A stretch of DNA of 63,958 nt, filler included, from Folioceros fuciformis (GCA_049999805.1; 26 parts of 26 records of this genome joined end to end with filler, not necessarily neighbours in it); one strand, 5' to 3'. Counted from the whole stretch's first letter, positions 37,378 through 50,909 are shown. Notes: a model not told the origin generated them from the letters alone. Made by a program: numbers and translations.

Positions 37378-38075
37378 ACCATCATGCAGTGTTTAATGTG
37401 TGTGTAATGTGTTGTGGTGTGAGTATTGTTAACTAATGAACCATGCATGAGTGCGATGTTAGCGGCATAGCACGACAGCTATTAAGCATGATTGTGTGTT
37501 GTTGCTTAGATGCATGTAAATAGTAATTAGCTAATAAGTAAGTAATGCTAATAAATAGCATAAGTGGTAATTAATATTTATTTAGTGAAGATTAGAAAAT
37601 ATAATATAATATAAAAGTCAACTAGATAAACATACAATTAGATGTATGGCTGTAGCTGCAACAGGTCTCAAGTAGCAAGCATAAAAGCCTAGCTCAGCGG
37701 TGTCCGCTACAGTTGTCAGCTTGTATTCTCTTGCTTTCTATGGATTAGGCTTTCTGTTGAGGGAGCATTATCTTGAGTGCATCCTTTTGCAAGTGCATTC
37801 TCTCAATTGAGGTGTGTATGTGCGAAGTGTGCAAGATCATGTGACCCGATCGAGGATTTAAGTTACAGCTCTGAGAAGTGTGAATGCAGGTCAAGGAGAT
37901 TTTATAGTGTCTGAAGAAAGGGTTTAGGGTTTAGGGTAAGGAAGCATACGCTTCACTCTTATAGAGCTGCAGCACCATCATGTAGTGTTTAATGTAAGTG
38001 TAATATGACATGGTGTGAGTATTGTCAACTAATGAACCATGCATAAGTGGGATGTTTAGCGGCATAACACGACAG
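37378..38075. repeat. Repeat family D copy, about 1.15 units with a ~600-bp period
   Basis: ACCATCATG.AGTGTTTAATGT recurs at 37378 and 37974. Confidence 0.7.
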
Positions 38076-39119
38076 CCATGAGCAAGGGTTTGTCCAAATT
38101 TGTCAAGGCATGTGCATTGGCTAATGTGGTGGATAAGACATCAAAAGAGTGTGAGGAAGTAGCTTCTTGCTTCGGTGGGTAGGTCCTTTTACGCCCAGAT
38201 TATGAAGTTCTCCACAAGTGATAATTTCAACAAAAGTAATAATGAAATCGTCCCCTAAATTAAGTGCCCTTCATTATTTTTTTGAGAGTAGATAGGTTTT
38301 CATCCCTTCTTTTATAACAAAGTCTTCATTTTTCTACCTCAATTGGTCATATTTGAAGTTAAAAATTTTCATGGTGATATATGTACATAGTTTATCCATT
38401 ATTNNNNNNNNNNNNNNNNNNNNNNNNNNNNNNNNNNNNNNNNNNNNTTAATTAATTAANNNNNNNNNNNNNNNNNNNNNNNNNNNNNNNNNNNNNNNNN
38501 NNNTTTGGTATGCTTTGTGCTCACTCTTAAGCTGATTCCAGGGACTGATCTTAGATTTTCACTGCGGATCAGATCACTGCAGGAAGAGGGACATGGCTGA
38601 TCATGGATGCTTTGGGGAGGGGTAGATTTCTTGTTCCCTCAGTACTCCAAGAAAGTTGTGTTTCTTTGCTTTCTGATCACAGTTACACCTGCCCAGCAAG
38701 CCTAGGGAATTGAGATTTTCCAGGGGTAGGATTTTCCCAAACTAGGATTATCTGGATAGGGAGTAGCTGAGCTTTGCTCACACTCATTCAGACTGTGGGG
38801 GGCAGTTGTAAGCTACGACTAGACGCGGCATGAAGGGAGGCCACCATCAGATTATTTGGGAGGAGCTAACCCTCATTTCTTGCATGCGTGGTTTGTTGGA
38901 ACCACATGTTTAGGGGCTCGTTTTGCCTTTGAGAACAGGGGTTTGATTTGGAGGCCAGCAACAGCCAGTAGAAGCCTGAAGGTACTGTGGGTATAGCTGA
39001 AGCAGTGTGTGGTGTCCCAGCGAGAGTCACTTCCCTAGGCCCGATGTTGTCAATTGCAGCACAGCACCTCACTGTTTTTGCCAAGCACCAGCTGTAGGTG
39101 TAACAGGGGTGCATGGGGC

Positions 39120-40485
39120 ATGCAACCAGATCAGCAAGAGGCCAGCCTACGTTACCGATTGAGGAGTCGAGACATTCCTATCAGGGTATCACCGGAGCGT
39201 GCACAACGGAGGAGAAGATGGGCAGCTCGACGACGCCATTTTGCAAGTGAAGAAGACTTGAGAGAGGACTTGGAACCAGCAACATCCGTTGGGCAACCCA
39301 GCTGGTCACCCGTCTTAGACTTGGGCAAGATTGTTGTGCTAACTAGCTCAAATTTAGGGGGTCAGCTAGTTTGTGACGAGGAACCTGAACAAGGGTCTCT
39401 CTATTCACAGCAATCATTTGTGAGGTCACAGCAGACACATCCAGGGTTTGCTGGGTCTGTCCTTGGTGTAGGGCAAGGCCTGGGTGACTTGTCTGAAGGG
39501 TCAGACACCATGGAGGGTGGTTCATCAGGGTTTAGGCCTGAGAAATTCTCAGGCAGACCAAGCACCCAATCCTTAAGGGACTTCCGCTTGTTCATCAATG
39601 CAGTCATCAGCAGGGTGAAGTTCAAACATGGTGCTGCCTACAACCACCAGTACATGTTTGAACAGTTGTCCAGCTACTTAGCAGATGAGGCATTGGATTT
39701 GTACGAGGCTCACTAGGCTGAGCTATCGGGCACAATTGCCACTCCTAACCCAGCCCATCATTCGGCTCTACATTTGGCATATAATGCCAAACTGGCAGCA
39801 GCCATTAATGACCATCAGGCTGAGATTGTAGCCAAGACCATCTCTGCCACCACACCACCTCCAACGGTGGTGAATTTGACACTAGCAGAGCGGGCTACTG
39901 CCACAGCTGGTGTGCAAGAGTTTCTACACACTTGCAAGTACCTGAACCCAGTGGAGGAGTTCCTAGCTATTTTGGAGAGGGCATTCCCACTGAAGACCCC
40001 AGAGAAAATTGCAGAACTTGTTGCCTTTGCTCGCAAAAAGGGGGAGACAGTCCAGATGTGCTTCAGGAGGCTACAGAAATTGAGGGAAGGTACAGGGATG
40101 TTAACAAATCAGGAAGCAGCGCAAAGGTTTTTGACTGCACTTGAAGGAGACCCGTTGTTTCATTTCCAGCTAGTTACATCCTTGGTGGACAAATATGGGA
40201 ACAAGTATACTTTGGAGCAAGTGCATGAAGAAGCTGAGAAGAAGGAGGTAGCCTTTTCGGCCTATGCCTCTCGGCATTCCAAGGCCTTCACGCACTACCA
40301 GTCCATGTTCTCTAGCAAGGGGGCAGCTAACACAGGTGCAGGAGCCAAGGCTGGTCAGATTAAGCCAGTTAAGGTAGCTTCAGCAGCAGCTCCAACGGCA
40401 GCAGTGGTAGCCATGTGTAACCATTGTGGCAGCCCTGTGCACATGTCCCCTGCATGCAAGTGTCCTCCGGAGGGACTCTACTGCA
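39120..40485 (+). mobile_element. Divergent retrotransposon Gag-like ORF, one in-frame TAG at 39714-39716
   Basis: PEKFSG, LSSYLADEALDLY, FARKKGETVQMCFRRL (major-homology-like) and a knuckle CNHCGSPVHMSPAC. The two listed ORFs share a frame. Confidence 0.7.
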
Positions 40486-40585
40486 NNNNNNNNNNNNNNN
40501 NNNNNNNNNNNNNNNNNNNNNNNNNNNNNTTAATTAATTAANNNNNNNNNNNNNNNNNNNNNNNNNNNNNNNNNNNNNNNNNNNN

Positions 40586-40664
40586 AGAGGAGAGGAGAGG
40601 AGAGGAGAGGAGAGGAGAGGAGAGGAGAGGAGAGGAGAGGAGAGGAGAGGAGAGGAGAGGAGAG
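40586..40664. repeat. (AGAGG)n microsatellite
   Basis: Directly visible. Confidence 0.97.
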
Positions 40665-40670
40665 GTTGGT

Positions 40671-41260
40671 CTATTAGGAATGTTAAAAGCTAGGAAGGAA
40701 TACTTAGAGGAGAAAGGACTCTTGCTGGAAGGTTTCCTACAAACAATGGTGGGTGCTAATGATGGAAGAATCAAAAGCTAGACTGCTATTAAGAATCTTG
40801 AAACCTATGAAGGAATACTTGGAGGAGAAAGAACTCTTGCTACAAGGTCTTCTGCAAACAATGGTGGATGCTAGTGGCAGAAGAGTAGAAAGCTAGTCAA
40901 TTAAGAATCTTAAAAGCTGGGAAGGAATACATAGAGGAGAAAGAACTCTTGTAGTAAGGTCTCCTGGAGACAATGGTGCAAGCTAGTTGCAGAAGAATAG
41001 GAATCTAGTCTATTGAGAATCTTGAAAGCTAGGAAGGAATACTTGGAGGAGGAAGAACTCTTGCCGCAAGGCCTCCAGCAAACAACGATGGTCAATGCTA
41101 GTGGCGGAAGGAAGAATAGGAAGCCAGTCTATTAAGAATCTTGAAAGCTAGCTAGTTTTCAAGATTCCAAGTATTCTTTCCTATAGGAAGGAACACTTGG
41201 AGGAGAAAGAACTCTTGCTGGAAGGTCTCTTGCAGACAATGGTAGATGCTAGTGGCAGAA
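40671..41260. repeat. ~112-119-bp degenerate tandem repeat, about 5 units
   Basis: CTATTAAGAATCTTGAAAGCTAGGAAGGAATACTTGGAGGAGAAAGAACTCTTG-like block at ~40671, 40786, 40898, 41010 and 41129. Confidence 0.85.
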
Positions 41261-41496
41261 AAATATTTTTTCGCGAAGAAAAGGATTCTGATTAATAGTG
41301 TCGTCCTCTTACAGTACTAAGGGGACCCCTACCTACGTATTTACATAGCATGCGTACCACACTCGGGAGAGTAAAAACCGGCCCCGTGTCTAGCCCTCTA
41401 GACAGGGCTTGGGAAATGCTCCCCATCACCCTAATATTAGCAGACTGCTAAGACCATCCAGACTAACCTCAAACTCGCCCAGGGATCATGGGGGGC

Positions 41497-42584
41497 TCAC
41501 CTTCCCCAAGGACAGGCGTGGTTCCAGTGCTCGTTATTCCGGTTAACTAGGAACCCCGCTGACCTCCATTCCCTCCTCTTGAACTGTTTTCGATGAGCCT
41601 TCCTCAGACTTTCTGCTGCAATTAGTAAATGCTCCCAGATGCACCATAGCAGAGCCTTAGATGAGACTGGCTCATTACCTCCATAGACCATAGAAGACCA
41701 GTTGATCGAAAGATGAAAAAGGCAAGAAGACCACAGCAAACCCCACCACTGCGCCTGAAGTAGAGCTTTGCTCGAGGTTGCATCCAACCCAAAAAGGGCA
41801 GTTTGTTTCATGATCCTGAGGCCAGCATTAGGGAGAATCCTTTGCAACCAATTGCCCACCTCACTCCATATCTCTTGGGCAAAACTGCAGTGGAAGAACG
41901 TGTGTTGGCTTTTATTTGGGGCACCGGAGGTGCACAGTCGACACTGATCTTCCCCCGCAGCAGCCAACAAGCCATTCCACCAGTCCGCATTAAGCAAACA
42001 AGCTTGAAAAAAACACCAAACCGTCATCCTAACCTTGGGAGGAATTCCCACTAACTTCCAAAGCAGCTTGATAGCCTCCTTTTGCCTCCGCACAGATAGT
42101 TGTAGCCTGCAAGCCATTGGTTGCCGTTGCTTGAGTTTCTGCGCTCGTACCATCCATAGGTAGAGGCCTGCCGTTGGGAAGGTGAAGAAAGACCGAAGGT
42201 TGAACCCTTGCACCCAGGCCTCCTAGGCCAATTGTATAGATCAGGTCTTAAGGCCAACTCCCAATTTTCCGCAAGCCAAAACCAACATCGAACCCTTGGC
42301 TTGTTCGAGGTTTGTGGCCCATTAGAACGTTCGACTTGGGGTGCACCACCGCCTTGCGCGAATAGACTTAGAGAGGACCATGATGGACCTAAGTTCCCCT
42401 CTTCGAATATCACTGTCATCCCTGCCCTTATCCTCCAAAAGCCCTTCCGGTGAAAGGACCTTGAGAGACCGCAGTTCTTCTTTTTCAGCCATGCCTGTAA
42501 GCCAAACTGCCCAATACAATTGAAGGACTTCCTCCTATTCATCCTCCTTAGAATCGACTCCCTTACTATCCATGGAATACACAT
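41497..42584 (-). mobile_element. L1-type LINE ORF2 3' region (zf-RVT), degenerate
   Basis: LWKLVGIPPKVRMTVW...CRLC-x9-HTFFHCSFAQEIW, the CCHC zinc-binding pattern of plant L1 ORF2. Confidence 0.8.
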
Positions 42585-43257
42585 ACCTCATTTCACACAA
42601 TGTAGAATAGTAAACAAATCGGAGAAGGAATTCCTAAGGTCATTATGGAGACTAAGCCTTCTAAACCCTTTAACCCATAGTAGTCAAAAGCTCCAACACC
42701 TTTGTCATTGCCTTACATATCGGCCATGCGCAAGACAGCACCATTAAAGAGTAGAAGAAATATTGATGGCACACAAGGCAAAATTGTGTGCATATAGAAA
42801 GGGTTGAACGTAACCTCTCCATGAAGATGGAACTTGTTCCAACATCCAGGGAATGTTTTCGCTGCAAAAGAGAATGCACAAGATGGAGATGAAATATAGA
42901 AAAATATGGACGAGCAAAGAAGCAAAAAAGGCTTAACACAAAATCTTAACATAAGAAAGTGTAGAAGCTTTAGGCTTGTGACAAAACTATGTATCCAAGC
43001 TTTTCGAATTATACTAGCTACTTTCCCTATGGCTTTTGCCTTGGCTTAACCCAAGTTGGGTCTTCAAGTTAAACCTCAACCCTACTTGAAAGCAGCTTTG
43101 AGATCTAGAGAAATCTCTTGACATGTAGTTGCAAGGCACCCCTTAACTTGTCAACCANNNNNNNNNNNNNNNNNNNNNNNNNNNNNNNNNNNNNNNNNNN
43201 NTTAATTAATTAANNNNNNNNNNNNNNNNNNNNNNNNNNNNNNNNNNNNNNNNNNNN

Positions 43258-44160
43258 TTCCTCTTGCCCGCTTCTCCTTTGCCATCCCGCATCCCTCATC
43301 CTGCTCCCTCCCCTTAGCCCCTAATTTTTAGGGACCATATACGGTTTGTATACATACACCCCCTTGTATTTTATATGATTTAGATACGTATTTAATACGT
43401 ATTGATACGTATAATGTATATATATACCCATATTTCATTTCTTTTTATTTTCCTATTTTTCCCTTTTCTAGTTTTACCTCTATTTTTCTAGATTTAATCC
43501 CAAAAATTCCAATTCAGCTTTGTTTCACCTGCTTTCTTTTCCTCCTAGTGCGGGTCCTATTCCAGCACCCCAGGGACCATCTTCCATGGCCGAGGAACCA
43601 TTTCGACTGGAAGCTGATTCCACTGTATAAGCTATCGTTTTCAAGCCAGGTTCTTGTTGCTGATCCCATTGCTCCCCACCTCCTCTCTATCTTTCCCACT
43701 ACTCATACTCTTCCCTTGGAGGCTGGCTCAACCACCAAGGGTGAACAGTTGCAGGGGGAAGACTTAGCGGACGACCATCCAGCAAGAAAGAGGCAACGTC
43801 CGCAGATTTTTGAAAATCAGGCATCCTTCAAAGCCTCAGGATAGTTTAAGAGGTGGCAGATACTCGTGGTGGTAGGGTCAGCAGGTTGTAGGGCCAGCTC
43901 ATTGATGGCATGATGTGCTAAGAAAGTCTAAATAAGTGGCTGGTGACAGCCGTCTACGCTAGTGGTCCTATTAAAACAATATTTATCAAGATAGAGAGAG
44001 GTGAAGTCAGAGTGAGAGAGGCTCTATAAGATCAAGTGAGCTTGTAGGAGGCAAGTTGTCACTTTGCGAGCTCTCTCAGGTTATCTCTGCTTGGATACAA
44101 CAGTGTGTGTGCCGGCTGTGCATGTGTGCAGTGTCTGCTAAAGCTTTGAGAAGTGGTGGC
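43258..44160 (+). mobile_element. LTR family A (diverged variant), internal portion
   Basis: Reverse complement of ~12460-13232. Confidence 0.7.
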
Positions 44161-44219
44161 CAGGGTTAAGGGCTGGGTCCCTTTTAATTCTTGATTGTGC
44201 TCTTCCTATCGTGTCCCCA

Positions 44220-44712
44220 TGTGAACCTCCAAATTTTGGGGTAGTCATTTGTTTTGGTTGAAAAAGGGTTAATAGTGGTATGGTTTGGTTTTCTTTTTCA
44301 ACTTATTTTCCCTAATTTTCCTTTATTTTCTGGTCATTTTTTCTATTTTTTGTGCTAATTAGGTTAATTGACCAAAAAATAGTTGGTTTGGTTATAAGAG
44401 TGGGTATAGGTTTGGTCCCAGACCTGGGAAGGTTTAGGTTCCATACCAGGCTATAGGGTTGGGAAAGTTTGAGTCTAGGTTTGGTGATTAGTTTAATATT
44501 AATTAAAGATATATAATATTAAATAATAAAATAAGGGTTTAAACATAGGAACGGGTATCTGGGTATGTTAGTGTCAGGGGTCAGGATATGACGATAGGCT
44601 AGCTGATTGCTTGGCTGGCATAAACGGCCATGGAGGCCATGCCCTAGCTAGAACTAGAGGTAGGGGTTGCGGCCGTCCCCATCCCCCTCTCCCTTTCTCC
44701 CTTCCTCCCTTC
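44220..44712 (+). mobile_element. LTR 5' end TGTGAACCTCC, probably the U3 end of family A
   Basis: Inverted copy at 55282-55656. It runs into a CT-rich tract like the one at which family A contigs break. Confidence 0.65.
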
Positions 44713-44812
44713 NNNNNNNNNNNNNNNNNNNNNNNNNNNNNNNNNNNNNNNNNNNNTTAATTAATTAANNNNNNNNNNNNNNNNNNNNNNNNNNNNNNNN
44801 NNNNNNNNNNNN

Positions 44813-46430
44813 ACAGCTGTGGAGCTCGTAGGACTCACACTACCTCGCAACCTGCCACTCCATGGATTCTGAACATTTGTCGAGTTTGATGACGCTTGCG
44901 GTCCACTCAACACTTGTGATTGTTGACCTGCATTGCTTGTTACCTCAGTTTCAAGCAAATCAGCTACACTACTTCCTTGGACTTCAAAGTACCAGCTACC
45001 CATTTCATCAAAGACTACATCTCTGCTTACTCTCATAGTCCGTGTACTGGGATTGTAGCACCTGTATCCTTTCTGTGTAACAGAATACCCAATGAAGACA
45101 CACTTTTCTGCTTTTGGATCAAGCTTAGTCCGCAACTCATCCGGAATATGGACATATCAATGCAACCAAATACCTTTAAGTGTGACAAATCAGGTTTCTT
45201 CCCTGTGAACTTCTCCTCCGGTGTTACACTGTGCACCGCTGCTGTGGAAGTTCTGTTCATGATGTACACTGCTGTGCTTACAGCTTCAGCCCAATAGTAG
45301 TGAGGCATCTTCTTCTCTGTCATCAATGCTCTCGCCACTTCTGCTATGTGCCTGTTCTTGCGCTCTGCAACTCCATTTTGTTGTGGCGCATAACGACATG
45401 AGTACTGCCGTTGAATGCCCTGTTCTGATAAGAATTTGCTGAACTCTCTGGAGAAGTACTCTCCCCCTCCATCAGATCTTAGGCATTTGATGTGCCTACC
45501 TGTTTGCTTCTCAACCATCGCCTTGAAAGTATGAAAATGAGTGATCACTTCACTTTTTTCTTTCATGAAATAGACCCACACCTTCCTTGTGTGGTCGTCA
45601 ATGAAGGTCACATAGTACTTGCAGCCTCCGATTGATGCAGTCTGTGTTGGACCCCATACATCTGAATGCACAACATCCAACACATATCTGCTGACATGTT
45701 TGTCATGGGGGAACGCATTCCTAGGCTGTTTCCCAAGTTGACATGCTTCACATATACCTTGCAGTCCATTTTCTGTAAGCTTGGGTATGCCTGTGACAAC
45801 CTTCTGATGCTGCATGGACTTCAACTTCTGCACATTTACATATCCAATGCGTTTGTGCCACATCTCTAGGTCTGTCACTACCCTTGTACCCTTCGCAAAC
45901 ATGGCTGACTTCAGCTTAGGAACCTCCACGTTCAAGGTGAACATCCGTCCAACCTTCTGTCCTTGAGCAATCAGGCGACCGCCTTTCTTGCACTCTTCAA
46001 CAAAGAGTCCTGCAGGTGTAAATCTAACCTGCAATCCTTGCTCAACCATCTACCCAACTGACACCAAGTTCTTGGTGATGTTGGGTACGTGAAGAACATC
46101 TACCAGGCACTTCACTTTGCCATCCTGCATCTTCAGAGGTACAGTTCCTGTATGCACAATTGCATGTGTTGTGTCATCTCCAGTTTCTACATATCCAGGT
46201 TTGTCAAGCACTTGCATTTCTTTGAACCACTCCCCATGGCATGTCATGTGGTTCGAAGCTCCTGAGTCCACATACCACACAATCTCACCATTGTTGGATC
46301 CATTAGCAGACACAGAGTTAAGCATATGCTGCATGACAAACAAGTTTTCTGAGTCATTCTGACTGCTGCTATAGGCATAATTGTTCTGCTGCCTCCTGTT
46401 GCCTTGATTTCTCCTTGGACAGTCTCTTTC
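44813..46430 (-). mobile_element. pol: Ty1/copia protease-integrase, with a stop and a frameshift
   Basis: WYVDSGASNHM, WHKRIG, CEACQLGKQ, VHSDVWGP, RSDGGGEY, PQQNGVAERKNR, SRDVVFDE. Confidence 0.95.
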
Positions 46431-46530
46431 NNNNNNNNNNNNNNNNNNNNNNNNNNNNNNNNNNNNNNNNNNNNTTAATTAATTAANNNNNNNNNNNNNN
46501 NNNNNNNNNNNNNNNNNNNNNNNNNNNNNN

Positions 46531-47533
46531 TACTCTAGGCCGGATGCTGACAAGTGGAAGTTAGCTGTTGACGATGAGTACAATTCCTTAGTTAAAAATA
46601 ATACTTGGCAGTTAGTAGATCTTCCTCCAGGAAGGACTACTGTCAAGTGTAAGTGGGTGCTGAAAACCAAGTTTCAAGAGGTAGAGCCCCGCATAAGACA
46701 CAAAGCGAGGTTAGTGGCTAAGGGTTATAGTCAGCGAGAGGGAGTTGACTATCAGGGTGATCAGGTTTATTCACCTGTAGTCAAAGCCGCGTCTATAAGG
46801 ATGCTACTGGCCCTGTGTGCTGAACTTAACCTTACCATCTACCAATTAGATGTTTGCACAGCCTTTCTGTATGGTCATTTAGAAGAAGAAATCTATATGG
46901 ATCAGCCTGAGGATTACGAAGATAAGAAATATCCTCATAAGGTGTGTAAACTTCTACGTTCTAAATACGGGCTTAAACAAAGCCCACGCCTTTGGTACAA
47001 GCGAATTGACACATATCTCAAGAAGATTGGCTTTGTGCAAAGTGAAGCTGACACTAATCTTTATGTACTGCGAAAAGATAGTTCACTTGTGTTAATAGCT
47101 TTGTATGTGGATGACTTAGTCATTCCTGGAAATAATGTGGAGCTGGTTAACCAAATCAAGACAGATCTCAATAAAGAGTTTGAGATGAAAGATCTTGGTC
47201 AAGTCAAGTATATACTAGGAATGCACGTACATAAAGATAGGTCCACAGGAGCAATCTACCTCCATCAAGGGAGATATGTAGCAGGCATGCTGAAGAAGTT
47301 TAATTTGGAGAATGCTCGTGCAGCTGCAACTCCAGGTGCTGTTGGTATTAAGCTGTCCTCGTCGTCATGTCCTCAGTCTGAAGAGGATAAGAAGGAAATG
47401 GAAAGTGTGCCTTATAGAATGGCAGTGGGCACTCTCATGTTCCTTAGCAACTGGACGAGACCAGACATATCTAACACTGTGAATGCAGGTGCGCAATTCT
47501 CTGAGAATCCAGGTAGAGACCACTGGGTTGCAG
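46531..47533 (+). mobile_element. pol: Ty1/copia reverse transcriptase
   Basis: KARLVAKGY, LDVCTAFL, YGLKQS, LYVDD, TRPDI; homology stops abruptly at 47534, where TGTCAATAGG (probable nested LTR) begins. Confidence 0.95.
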
Positions 47534-47701
47534 TGTCAATAGGATCGACTGCAATCTACGTGCAAGTGTAGGAGAGGAGAGGAGAGAAGAGAGGGTGGTA
47601 TNNNNNNNNNNNNNNNNNNNNNNNNNNNNNNNNNNNNNNNNNNNNTTAATTAATTAANNNNNNNNNNNNNNNNNNNNNNNNNNNNNNNNNNNNNNNNNNN
47701 N

Positions 47702-49150
47702 TTGGAAGGTTAGGTTAGAATAGTAGCTAGATTGATGGTGAGTCGATAGGGTAGGTAGGTTGTGTGGTAGATAGGACACGGGCTCTGGTTCCTCGGGGTA
47801 AGGTAACGGAGGAATAGGAAACCTGGGACGTCATGGAAAGCGAGCTGGGGGTCCTCTGGCTGTTGCTGGTGGAAGTTGGGGACAGAGATGGAGGTGTCGG
47901 GACGCTGCCCTGGTGCATCGGGTGGATAGGGATCACTAGAGCACAGGTGGTCAAATTAGCAGACCGGCGGGATCAGGGCAGTGGCCTAGATCTGGCCGGA
48001 TTCAGAAGGCAGGAGCCAGGTTGCGGCCCCAGGTTGCGGCCTCTTGGCAAGCGGCCGGCAGTAGGCTGGCAGGAGGGTGGGCTGGCAGATCTAGCCGGCC
48101 AGGAGGCCAGATCGACAGATAGTCCCAGGTGGATCAGCGGGGCGGCTTGGCGACGGATCCGAACTGGCAGACTAGGTAGTCGGTGGGCTAGGCTGCTTGG
48201 ATCCAGGCTGGCCGGCTGCAGCAGCAGACTAGCCAGATGCAGGCAGGCAGCTGCTGCAAGCGGCAGCCCCGACCAGCGGTTGAATCCAGCGGGCAGCCAG
48301 GTCGAGCAGGTTGGCTGCCTGGTTGGATCTGGAGGCTAGAGGTCGGCTAGTGGCCTCTGGCCAGTCGGCCAAGCTGTAGGCGAGGAAAGCGGGCTGGATC
48401 GCGGTCAGGGGCAGGGCACTTCGGCGGGCTGTGGTAGTGCCAGAGCCATGCAGCCAAGCGGTTGGCGAGTCGACATCCAAGTGGGAGGGTGCCGAACCAG
48501 ATTGGTAGCTGCAGCTGGATTCGGGATGTGGTCAGGCTTGGCAGGCGGGAGGCCGGGGTGGATCTAAGCCAGGCCGGTGCCTAGAGGAGGGCCAGGCCAG
48601 CAGCGGCCCGGCTACGGAGAGCAGGGGTTGCAGAGGAGCGCTTGCAAGGGCTGGGCAAGCAACACGGACACCCGGCTACGGGGAGGCAGCCTAGCCTGGC
48701 TGCAGTCAGGCAACCTGGTAGCTGGCGGGTGGGTGACCTAGCAGGCACGGCGTCGGGATCCAGGCAGCCAGGGCTGGCTGGCCAGGATCGCGAGGGGGCT
48801 AACTAGGGGCTACAACAAGCGGCCCCGTGAGAGGGCTGCTTGGCCAGATCCAGGAGAGGGGCAGGCACCCTTGCGGCGCGGGCAGCGTCCAACCAGAGCA
48901 GGAGCAGGCCGGCGGGCTGAGGGGAATCCTGGCCAGGGAGGATCTGCAGGCTGGTAGACGGAACCGGCAGGCCGGACAGGGCCAAATCCCAAAGCCATGC
49001 AGGCTGGCCGGGCTGGCTGGGGCTAGTCCAGCCCAACGCAGGCAAGCCAAGCAGGTGGGTGGCCTAAGCGAATTGGCCAGGAGGGCGGTGTGTGGCCTTG
49101 CTGGTAGGCGGATCCAGCCAGGCAGCCAGGTAGCCACCTGGCCGGGGAAG
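47702..49150 (+). mobile_element. LTR family C 5' region with GC-rich degenerate repeat
   Basis: 47702-47820 matches ~225-340, followed by the same GC-rich words. Confidence 0.6.
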
Positions 49151-49250
49151 NNNNNNNNNNNNNNNNNNNNNNNNNNNNNNNNNNNNNNNNNNNNTTAATT
49201 AATTAANNNNNNNNNNNNNNNNNNNNNNNNNNNNNNNNNNNNNNNNNNNN

Positions 49251-50796
49251 GCCCATGCTGGTACAAATCACTTACAGCTAGTTTTTGTAGCTTAACAGAG
49301 TGTGGATGACCTAGTCGTAAATGCCAAAGTTTTGACTTCTCTATCTGCTGTACAGACACTTGAGAAGATCCTTCAGTCAAATGGGCATGTGGCTTACGTC
49401 TGTCTGTATGAAGACAAAACAAGTCTTTCTCTGAAGACCCAAAGGCAAGTATTTTCTGATGATTAAAGGCATCTAACACTTGACATTATGTTTGAGTAAA
49501 AAGAATGTGACAGTGATTATCAGAATTCAACTTCCTTACGGAAATTAAGTTACGTGTCATGTCTGGTACGTAGTACACATCATGTAACACTAACACATTT
49601 CCGGATGGTACTGACAGGTCTATGGTCCCAATACCAGGAGATACAAGGGATCTATCATCCCCCAAGTATACGTACTGATCCTTGACTGATCTGTACGCTT
49701 GAAATGCCTTTCTGTCCAAGCATATGTGGGCAGTAGCCCCTGTGTCTAAATACCAGTCTATGGTATGCTGAACCTTTGTATGTGTTGACAAACAGGCAGG
49801 TGACAAGAACGAGCTTGTAGCAAAGACTGTTGTACCAACTGTGAGGGCAGAGGGGGTTGGTTGCTTCTTAATAACCACGTGAGTCTCAGCGCTGGTTGAA
49901 CCCTCCTTGCGAGGAACACCAGCCTGCTTTTTCCTGCACTCACGCTCCCATTGACCAGGTAACTTGCACCAATTGCAATTTCCAGTCCTTTTGTGTTTTC
50001 TTTGTCTGGCTCCACGTCCTTGTGAGCCACCTCCTCTTGAGACACTGCCCCCACCCCTATTGTAGGGTCTTCCTCCTCCACGTCCTCGGTTAGAAGTGAA
50101 GAGGGCTTGCTGTTTACCAGTGCATCTGCTATGTGTTTTGCTGGCTTCCTCTTGCAATAAAGCTCCCACTAACTCTGCAAAGCTTGTTTCAGGTAGGGTT
50201 ACACCTGAAGCCTTTGCAAGCTTTTCAGTCTGGAGCTTGGAGGCATTGAAGGATGTCACAAAGTGTGACCAAGAATCTGGTAAGGATATTAGAGAGTATA
50301 GTGTAAGTATATCATCCTTTAAGGTCTCATTTGTAGCACTTTCTAGTCTTGAGACAAGTGTTCTGAAATGTCCAAGGTGCTTTTCAATTGAGTCTCCTTC
50401 CCTCATTTTACATAATTGTAAATTCCTTAATGCTGTCATTTGACTTGTCTGGTTCCTGCCTAAATACAGGTCTTGAAGTCTTATCCATATTTCAGTTGAG
50501 GTTGTGCATCCTGAAGTCTGTCTTAACATTTCTGAAGTAACACCACTTCGGATGAGGTACATGGCTGCTTCATCCTTTGCATCCCATGTATCCTTTGCCT
50601 TTTTCTCAGCTGTTGAAGGTTGTGCAGGAGGTGGAGGCATTACTGGGACCGGTTCTTCCCCAGTAACCACCTTCCACAATTTCCTATTTTGTAAGGCTCC
50701 TTTCATGCGGATTACCCATATATCATAATCTTGCCCACCAAACCTATCCTTTTCCTTAAACCCATCTCCACCTAAGGTTGAGGGATCACTGGCCAT
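49251..50796 (-). mobile_element. gag-pol: Ty1/copia gag-protease, second member of the ORF0 family; stop at 49486-49488
   Basis: Clear paralog of 29275-32140 (FKEKDRFGGQDYDIWVIRMKGALQNRKLWKVV, WYLDTGATAH). Confidence 0.95.
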
Positions 50797-50909
50797 TTTT
50801 CCTCTTTTGTATTTTTGGGTTAGCTACTCCCAAGAATACTAAGATTGTGTAATGGCTTTTTGCAGGGGTTAGGAAAAACTCAAGACTTCAGATGCTTCAT
50901 GCAGCAAGG

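Noticed and set aside
37922-37937. TTTAGGG repeats as a telomere
   Set aside because: Only about two units inside a dispersed repeat; similar telo-box-like words occur at 23873 and 25529.
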